DNA of 58,934 nucleotides from a virus (Duplodnaviria > Caudoviricetes). Positions 54,101-58,934 of the stretch are shown one piece after another (position 1 is the stretch's first letter; the number at the start of each line of letters is the position of its first letter). The stretch is taken from positions 1-58,934 of IMG/VR virus record IMGVR_UViG_3300044643_000090; one strand, given 5' to 3'. The notes below the pieces were generated by a model. The model was not told where the DNA came from. It searched no databases and saw only the letters and a list, made by a program, of their open reading frames with translations. The position numbers were made by a program, and so were the translations under genes.

Positions 54101-54635
54101 GTACGTTTGCAGGGTCAAGGACAGCAGAGCGGGCATAGTCGAGAGAGCCACTAAGAGTTTCTCCCCAAGTGGTATCTCCACCAAAGATGGGTTGCAGACC
54201 TTCAAAGATTTCATACGCCCTGCCAGCCTTAGCAAGACGTTCTTCATCCTCACCCACTTCATTCAAGTAAGTAATCTCGTTGATTGCACGGACAGAGTTA
54301 CCACCAGAGAAACCACGCAGGTTGTTGGTGAACTTTGTGACGATCTCTTCCTTGTCCATGTCCTGAATGTGGGTGCCGAAGCGGTCAACCATGTACTCTT
54401 GAATAGGGATAAAGAAGTCATCCTGCAACAAGTCACTCTCAGAGTAACTCATCTGAGAGTATTCGACTACAGGTTTTTCTTCCGGTTGCTTGAGGGCTTC
54501 CGGCACAGGCGTCATGCCAACTTTTTTGTCAAGCTCTTGTAGCAGAGTCCCGTACTTACCAGCAATAGCAGGTGTCTTTGGTACAGGGATACTTGCCTCT
54601 AGGCTTTGGAGGTACTCTGAGTATTTACCATCCAT
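51123..54635 (-). CDS. Large internal virion protein (1170 aa)
   Basis: Last of the internal-protein block; DP.N..G.G.GK, VPFGRFFNN; Ala/Gly-rich helices. Confidence 0.75.
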   Translation of the reverse strand: MDGKYSEYLQSLEASIPVPKTPAIAGKYGTLLQELDKKVGMTPVPEALKQPEEKPVVEYSQMSYSESDLLQDDFFIPIQEYMVDRFGTHIQDMDKEEIVTKFTNNLRGFSGGNSVRAINEITYLNEVGEDEERLAKAGRAYEIFEGLQPIFGGDTTWGETLSGSLDYARSAVLDPANVLGLGVGKVASGVGFKAGSQATLIAAKHAYKKQLAKGATEEAAQKVAERVLRMQTSRVVTETNKQIATRQAAEKAATTFLQRMSTPTAVKEAAVVGGFEAAMAAGTDYLYQDAMLRTKVQEEYNVYQTGLSAVVGLVAGGLSGALSNVRTGASGLLPPEALKTSTKGSKSVSKLVNQAPTTPASPAGGPAVPTGNWLKDIAKGKELKDQDTEFFNTMLLGNSEKGLKGLAQILVEDGYVWKRRTPDDKVSNWIGDIIKNADPQDAKQFIDDFTKATGIKMNEGKKLTIEGFADTFKKKMSDSGKVLNAASQVAKILGRDPKSITVDDYAEFVLGGGATTPQTVVGGGSNKIGKAVGDFIGRDLPDFQNNIIRLMVSNLSTTALNVTGYAAATGLNTATDVTRAVLLGGKAGMYMAINPKEAKKMGIEAFSLLQNQVTKAKNTLDPNATYETFLQYAQVRPEAMRQLTAVLPGGIESLDKLAKGFDPSTPLLTLRSNQAVDVIQRLSLVSAQDGYTKAIEFTSQLDKLLRRSPEKGGFGMSWNDFFAAPDHHSKMVSERYALLEAQAVDETLRSVFSKSFKGRGFLGEVAGMIEDARNLPGIGLLVPFGRFFNNTVAFAYQTTGFGPLIAKSIGLGDQSKPMSELVSRGLVSWSLIGMLAQREMDYIDQGLGWSEEIDEETGEVIDERYEFPYGAYKAVARLFAHHARGEAPPEELLFQMGDQFFGQLTRQLGEAGSGLNNIATAALSDEGPGLGKTLLDALGAIVPQAISAATRPLEPLNVLAGLARDEEFYVPDRKQGTAWVNNSLRYMDQAIALITGENLAPPKQSAAEGQPTVQASKLVSTTRGSRLTNTERVMNEIGRPTYLASMASQSEAADNRYNEIFNEIVEDQAGVLFKSKRFREGTLEVKQGEVTKLLSEARKATLGYMGRVASNGGDRALMKMINISRSYPKLKVQRTLEDLGFDRGVDKLSEDELDTLENALKFREEFITKQ

Positions 54636-54637
54636 TA

Positions 54638-55573
54638 TTAAAACCTCGCCAACAACTCTTGAGCCTTAGCTTTTTCTTCTTCTGTCGCCTCTGGATCAGC
54701 AATCACACGATTGAGTTGATACACAGTGGAGTAGCGAGAGAGTTGAGGGTCTTGCTCAATATTCTGGACGTAGGGATTACCAGTCTCTGCAAGAGATACA
54801 AAAGCTTGTTGGCCAAACATATCCATCAGTGCAAAGCGTTCTGCACTGCCTTGTGTGGCGTAGCCATCAATCAAAGATTTAATATCACTCGACTTGTCTG
54901 CGTCCCCTGCAGCATCTGTGAGGGCCTGATTCGCAAGGCTGAGAACCTCTTGGTCAAATGCCTTACGACCCTCTTCAAGGGTTTTAGGATCGTACTTGCG
55001 GTAAGCCTCAGGGTTAATCTTGACATCAATTCTGGGTGTGGGTTGAGACAGTGCAGCAGCCGTCTCGTAGTAAGTCTCAGTATTAGAAAAATCTCCTGAC
55101 AAGAGTTCGTCAAAAGTAACCTGCACTGGTGCGACAGTCTTAGTGCCAGAGTCATACACTGTAAGAAGGTCAAGCAACGACTCACCCTGCAGCGGAGGAA
55201 GTTCTACACCAGACTTTGCAGCATCAATCTCAATGGCTCTGATCTGATCTTCCAGTTCTGCGGCAGTACGGGGGTCACCAGCAAGAGCAGCAACACGGGG
55301 GTCTTCTGAGTCACCAAGACGACCAAGAAAACTCTGAGCCTTCCCGGTCAGCGCCCCTGCTTCAGCCCTCTCCTGTTCTTTCTTAACGTACAGTGCCAGA
55401 AGGGTGTCCCTGCGACCCTCGGCAGTCTGCAGCATGAACGTCTCGCGCTCATACTTGCGTTGCTCTTCACGCTCAGCTTTACGAAGATCAAGTTCTTCTT
55501 GACGTTCTCTCTTGCGAGTCTTCTCTTCTTGTACTGCAGCGAAGCCTCTATTAATACCCTGCCAGAAACCCAT
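54638..55573 (-). CDS. Internal virion protein candidate (311 aa)
   Basis: MGFWQGI..GF N-terminus followed by charged coiled coil. Confidence 0.7.
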   Translation of the reverse strand: MGFWQGINRGFAAVQEEKTRKRERQEELDLRKAEREEQRKYERETFMLQTAEGRRDTLLALYVKKEQERAEAGALTGKAQSFLGRLGDSEDPRVAALAGDPRTAAELEDQIRAIEIDAAKSGVELPPLQGESLLDLLTVYDSGTKTVAPVQVTFDELLSGDFSNTETYYETAAALSQPTPRIDVKINPEAYRKYDPKTLEEGRKAFDQEVLSLANQALTDAAGDADKSSDIKSLIDGYATQGSAERFALMDMFGQQAFVSLAETGNPYVQNIEQDPQLSRYSTVYQLNRVIADPEATEEEKAKAQELLARF

Positions 55574-56115
55574 TACATTGCCCCCCGAGACATCAGACCT
55601 TTTGATTCAACAGGAACTTCCATGGGCACCTCTTCCATAGCTCCCATACCCTCTACCTCTGCAGGCTCTTCCATTGAGATTTCTTTTACATCTTCTTTAG
55701 GTTTCACACCCATGTCAGCCAACATCTTTCTGGCTCTCTTAGCAACGGCGTACTGCCTCTGTCTTTCTTTAGCAGCCTTGTCCTCGAAGCCATCCTCAGC
55801 CTCAATGCCAGTAGCTTTAGCAGCCTGCTTGATGTACTCATGGACAATGGGGGCGACAATAAGACCTACGTCAACAGAGTGTATTCCACTGGCCACAGCG
55901 CCACGCATGATGCCCGTAACGAGTGTCTGAATATCTAGTTCTTCCAGTTCAAGGAGATCAAGAACACTGCCAAGCATATCTGGATCAGAGAGTCTGGAGA
56001 TGTGCATCTGGATTGCTTCTTCGGGATCATTGATCTCCGGGGGTCTCTCCCAAGCGTAGTTCTTAGGAGGGTTGGTCAAGGACTGACCGGGAATAGGGCC
56101 ACTAAACTGTTTCAC
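55573..56115 (-). CDS. Conserved virion-block protein
   Basis: GTG after GGAGG; F.GPIPGQSLT..P....WERPP. Confidence 0.7.
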   Translation of the reverse strand: MKQFSGPIPGQSLTNPPKNYAWERPPEINDPEEAIQMHISRLSDPDMLGSVLDLLELEELDIQTLVTGIMRGAVASGIHSVDVGLIVAPIVHEYIKQAAKATGIEAEDGFEDKAAKERQRQYAVAKRARKMLADMGVKPKEDVKEISMEEPAEVEGMGAMEEVPMEVPVESKGLMSRGAM

Positions 56116-56119
56116 TCTC

Positions 56120-56854
56120 TCAGCCTCCAAGCATCTTATTGTATCTTCTCATCCAGTCGTTCTGGTACTCTGCGGGTGTAAGGCCATCGTTGATGTCCAG
56201 TGCCTTCTGGCTGATCTCACCCCGAGGATTACCAGTGTACCACACAAGGGGGACTTTGGTAACATCATTGTCATTCTCAAGCAGGATTTCCCTGACGTTA
56301 TTTGCAGCAACCATGTCTTGAATTTCAGGTGGTGCATCCTTCGCAGACTTGTACTCAGTGCCAATCCCATACTTTTCAGTCATCATGCGCCACGTACCGT
56401 CTGTGTACCCGTATCCACCCGAGGCAGTCTGACCCGGAGTTTGGTTCTGTACAGTGTAGTCTCCACTAGACTCTTTTGACTTAAGGGTTTCAAGGATGGC
56501 CCTCACGTTCTCATCAGTCTCAGCAGCACTAATGGGGGCAAGGAGTGGAGCAGTCTTCCAGTACTCAGGGTTTCTCTTGGGCATGGGGACACCCTCACCG
56601 TAGGCAAGGTAATTCTCAATCTCTGACTTCCTGTCTTCCTGTGGCGGGATTACGTCAGAGAACATGTTTCTGATGTCGTTGAAGTAGCCAGCACGGATGG
56701 TCTCAAAGTCTGCATCACCCTCAAGGCGAGTCTTCTTTCTTTCTTCACGTGCACCAAGACCACCAGCAGCCTTCAGGGACTTACCCTCTGCAACTGACTC
56801 ACTGATACGATCTGCAAGGTTTGCAGTATTAAGGTAGTTCTTAGCGTACTTCAT
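56120..56854 (-). CDS. Virion-associated lysozyme-like/transglycosylase domain protein
   Basis: KESSGDY...N....ASGGYGY..GTW, A..AP..IQD. Confidence 0.7.
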   Translation of the reverse strand: MKYAKNYLNTANLADRISESVAEGKSLKAAGGLGAREERKKTRLEGDADFETIRAGYFNDIRNMFSDVIPPQEDRKSEIENYLAYGEGVPMPKRNPEYWKTAPLLAPISAAETDENVRAILETLKSKESSGDYTVQNQTPGQTASGGYGYTDGTWRMMTEKYGIGTEYKSAKDAPPEIQDMVAANNVREILLENDNDVTKVPLVWYTGNPRGEISQKALDINDGLTPAEYQNDWMRRYNKMLGG

Positions 56855-58934
56855 TATCCCCAGCCTCCAAAGATGGCACGTACAAGTAGTTCTGCTTTTG
56901 CACCCTTCTCAGCCTGAGATGCTTCCCACTTAGTGAGGTCTTCCCTCTTGTCAGCAAGCAGGAGTTCAACCGCACGATCCTTCTCAGACTCAAGAGCAGT
57001 AAAGGCGTATGCAAGAACATCCCTCTCCTTCTGCCAAATCTGGTCAAGGGCCTTTGCGGTCAGGGCATTCTCAGTACGAGCAGCTTCCATGTTGGCTTCA
57101 TTCTGTGCAGCAGTGTTCACAGTAGAAACATTCTGTCTCCAGACAGCGTTGGCCTGAGCAATCACCAAGGAGTTGTTGGCATTAAACTGGTCTCTAGCAG
57201 CCTCAATCTGAGCATTGAAACGAGAGGTAGCGTTGGTCTCACCAGCATTGAACTGGTTGATTGCATTTTTCTGTTCAGTGTTGAACCTAGAAATGTTGGA
57301 CGACAGATCAGCAAAGAACTGGTCAGTCTGGTTCTTACTGGCAGAGTTAAATTGTGCAGCAGCATTGACAGCAGCCTGATCCGACAGCATCCCGTTGATA
57401 ACCGACTGGCTCGTAAAGATTGCAGTCTGTTGCTCGTTGTCTAGGTTGGCGAGGTCCATCTGCAAGAAGTTCTGAGCGTTCTGGACCTGAGCCTGCTGAC
57501 GGTTATTCAAGTTAGTAATGTCAACATTGGCCATTGCAGCGGCATCAGCAAGAACCTTGGCAGAGCGAGAGTTCAGGTTCTCAATGTCAACAGTCTGTGC
57601 CAGCCTTGCATTCTCCATAGCTCTCTGCTGGTCTGCAGTAAAGTTAAGGTTAGCAATCTCACCGATACGGGCAGCATTGAGTGTGCCAGTCTGTTGAGCA
57701 TTTGTCAATTCCTGACCACGAATAGCAGCCTCAATCTGAGCATTAGCAAGGGCAGTCTGTTGACGATTGCTCAGGTTAGCCAGATCGACATTGACAGTAT
57801 TTGTCATATTAAAGAGGCGAGTCTGCTGTTCATTAGACAACTCAAGACCACGCTCCTGAACAAGGTTGGAGACGTTAAAGATAGCGGTCTGTTGCTTGTT
57901 GTCCAGCACCTTACCTTCCATAGCAGCCTTGATGTTGGCATCCTGCAGGAGGGCTTGTTGCTTGTTTGTCAGGTTAAGATTGTTCACCTCAGCATAACGA
58001 GCAGCATTGAGTACTGCTGCCTGCTGTTTGTTGTCCAGAACCTTACCCTGCAGTGCCGCTCTCAGTTGGGCATTGGCAAGAGCAGTCTGAGATTCGGTCG
58101 AGAGGTTAGCAAGATCAACCTGAAGGTTTTCTGCACTACGCTGTAGGGTGACTTGCTGTTCATTGGTCAGGTTAATGTCATTGACAGAGGCCACACGGCT
58201 TGCGTTAAACATAGCCGTCTGCTGAGTGATGTCCATCACCTTACCTTCAAGGGCAAGACGTGCAGCAGCATCCTGCAGGAAGGCCTGTTGCTGAGCATTA
58301 GCACCAAACTCTGCAGACTGGAATGCCTGAGTAGATTTAAGCATTGCAACTTGTTGTTCACCAGTCAACTCTTGGCCACGGAGTGCAGCCTGAACCTGAA
58401 GGTTGGCAAGGGCAGTCTGTTGGGTAGCATCAAGGTTAGTCAGTTCAACTTGGAGAGCCTGAGCACTACGCTGCAGAAGAACCTGCTGTTCGTTCGTCAG
58501 GTTGATGTTGTTGACTTCTGCATAACGTGCAGCATTTGTGATTGCTGACTGAGCAACAATACCCAAGGCCTGACCCTGAAGAGCAGCCTTCATCTGAGCA
58601 TTGGCTAGGACCACAGACTGTTGGTTGGACAGGTTTTGAGTCTGCAAAGCAAAGGAGTTAGTGCTGTTCTGCAGAGCAACCTGCTGACGATTATTCAGAT
58701 TGGCAAGTTCCATACCCTGTTGTGCAGCAGCATTGGCCAGAGAGACCTGTTGACGCCTGTCAAGGTTAGACATTTCCATCTGCATGAATGCCTGAGCATC
58801 CTGAGCAGCGATAGGGGTTGCAGCCTCCATAGCAGCCTGAACAATAGCAGCCCCAGCCATAGAGCTACCACCAATACCACGGGCAGACATAGCAGCATTG
58901 GCCGCACGGATAGCACCAGCAGCCCACGCAGGGG
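56854..58934 (-). CDS. 3' part of the junction-spanning internal virion protein; Q/N/A-rich 11-residue repeats
   Basis: Open to the window end and continuous via the overlap with 1-1763. Confidence 0.85.
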   Translation of the reverse strand, partial: PAWAAGAIRAANAAMSARGIGGSSMAGAAIVQAAMEAATPIAAQDAQAFMQMEMSNLDRRQQVSLANAAAQQGMELANLNNRQQVALQNSTNSFALQTQNLSNQQSVVLANAQMKAALQGQALGIVAQSAITNAARYAEVNNINLTNEQQVLLQRSAQALQVELTNLDATQQTALANLQVQAALRGQELTGEQQVAMLKSTQAFQSAEFGANAQQQAFLQDAAARLALEGKVMDITQQTAMFNASRVASVNDINLTNEQQVTLQRSAENLQVDLANLSTESQTALANAQLRAALQGKVLDNKQQAAVLNAARYAEVNNLNLTNKQQALLQDANIKAAMEGKVLDNKQQTAIFNVSNLVQERGLELSNEQQTRLFNMTNTVNVDLANLSNRQQTALANAQIEAAIRGQELTNAQQTGTLNAARIGEIANLNFTADQQRAMENARLAQTVDIENLNSRSAKVLADAAAMANVDITNLNNRQQAQVQNAQNFLQMDLANLDNEQQTAIFTSQSVINGMLSDQAAVNAAAQFNSASKNQTDQFFADLSSNISRFNTEQKNAINQFNAGETNATSRFNAQIEAARDQFNANNSLVIAQANAVWRQNVSTVNTAAQNEANMEAARTENALTAKALDQIWQKERDVLAYAFTALESEKDRAVELLLADKREDLTKWEASQAEKGAKAELLVRAIFGGWG
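58649..58934. repeat. Terminal overlap with 1-286
   Basis: Direct comparison. Confidence 0.95.

Noticed and set aside
51123-54635. Virion-encapsidated RNA polymerase
   Set aside because: No single-subunit or double-psi-barrel RNAP motifs recognised; sigma70-type promoters occur on both arms
58649-58934. Terminal overlap as physical direct terminal repeat
   Set aside because: Falls mid-gene and the exact match is 127 nt, typical of assembly closure; real ends more plausibly near 26.6-26.9 kb
1-58934. Alternative genetic code / stop-codon recoding
   Set aside because: Core genes are full-length in the standard code, all three stops are used, and no suppressor tRNA is present

Overview
The window is an essentially complete, circularly permuted genome (about 58,648 bp unique; the last 286 nt overlap the first 286 nt) of a tailed dsDNA phage with podovirus-type architecture, most likely infecting an alphaproteobacterium (Rhodobacterales-like host is an inference; gene content recalls HMO-2011-type/cobavirus-related phages, not verified by search). 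Two arms diverge from a non-coding control region at about 26.0-27.1 kb, the probable physical genome end, and converge at a bidirectional terminator at about 51.1 kb. The + arm carries small early genes, two tRNAs, rIIA/rIIB, a tyrosine integrase, ThyX, primase-helicase, family A DNA polymerase, SSB, nucleases, a MazG-like protein, class II RNR and PhoH. The - arm carries small basic proteins, terminase, portal, scaffold, major capsid, tail adaptor/nozzle, a 1633-aa mosaic tail fibre, a GH19 endolysin cassette and large internal virion proteins, one of which spans the contig junction. Most interesting unexplained signals: (1) five copies of a 13-23 bp palindrome TAATM-TCGGAC-S-GTCCGA-GRWTA, interlocked with a second palindrome CCCTWWAGGG, punctuating the first early genes; (2) a short [MFR]-[AQ]-x-G-G motif shared by three otherwise unrelated late proteins, which also marks the junction where an AT-rich passenger domain is fused to a conserved LSEGEYV module (candidate tag-directed virion cargo/processing system); (3) a recurrent structured RNA element in the scaffold/capsid leaders, a compact H-type pseudoknot after the RNR gene, and two apparently leaderless late transcripts. 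All functional calls are from motif recognition by eye; no database searches were run.
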